A stretch of 64,000 nt of DNA from Okamejei kenojei. Taxonomy: Eukaryota. Positions 63,946 through 64,000 of the stretch are shown here, piece by piece (position 1 is the first letter of the stretch; each line of letters starts with the position of its first letter). Below the pieces are notes generated by a model. The model searched no databases. It was not told the origin of the DNA and saw nothing but the letters and a program-made list of their open reading frames with translations. The translations under genes and the position numbers were made by a program. Where the stretch lies: contig CM069163.1 of NCBI GenBank assembly GCA_035221665.1, forward strand, positions 13,454,001 to 13,518,000, written 5' to 3'.

Positions 63946-64000
63946 AATTAAAATGATGGAAGAAAAACATTTTGTAGCAGAAAATTAAAATAGTGAAAAG

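Overview
Vertebrate genomic DNA. The repeat content (HE1-like tRNA SINEs, CR1, Rex1/Babar, Penelope termini) suggests a cartilaginous fish, probably a skate or ray; this is inference. The window is occupied by one + strand gene, EHMT1 (GLP, H3K9 methyltransferase). It shows 26 kb of intron 1 and coding exons 2-20 (3074 nt, about 1024 codons, GT-AG introns, phases consistent), covering the ARKT automethylation motif, acidic tracts, Cys-rich region and ankyrin repeats. Exon 1 and the pre-SET/SET exons lie outside the window. Introns hold CR1, L1/Tx1-like, Rex1/Babar, Penelope-like, SINE, MITE and Helitron-like fragments. The main finding is three copies of a ~140-bp non-coding retroelement, each with an 11-12 bp TSD and a (GAA)n tail. 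Its 5' end folds into a minimal 54-nt HDV/CPEB3-type self-cleaving ribozyme, and in two copies the predicted cleavage-site G1 is exactly the first base of the element. A second ribozyme class, minimal hammerheads, rides on many Penelope-derived mini-insertions. Intron 1 also carries clustered YY1-type motifs, TGAGCATGCTCA palindromes and candidate poison or alternative exons. All coordinates and folds were derived by eye; no database searches were run.
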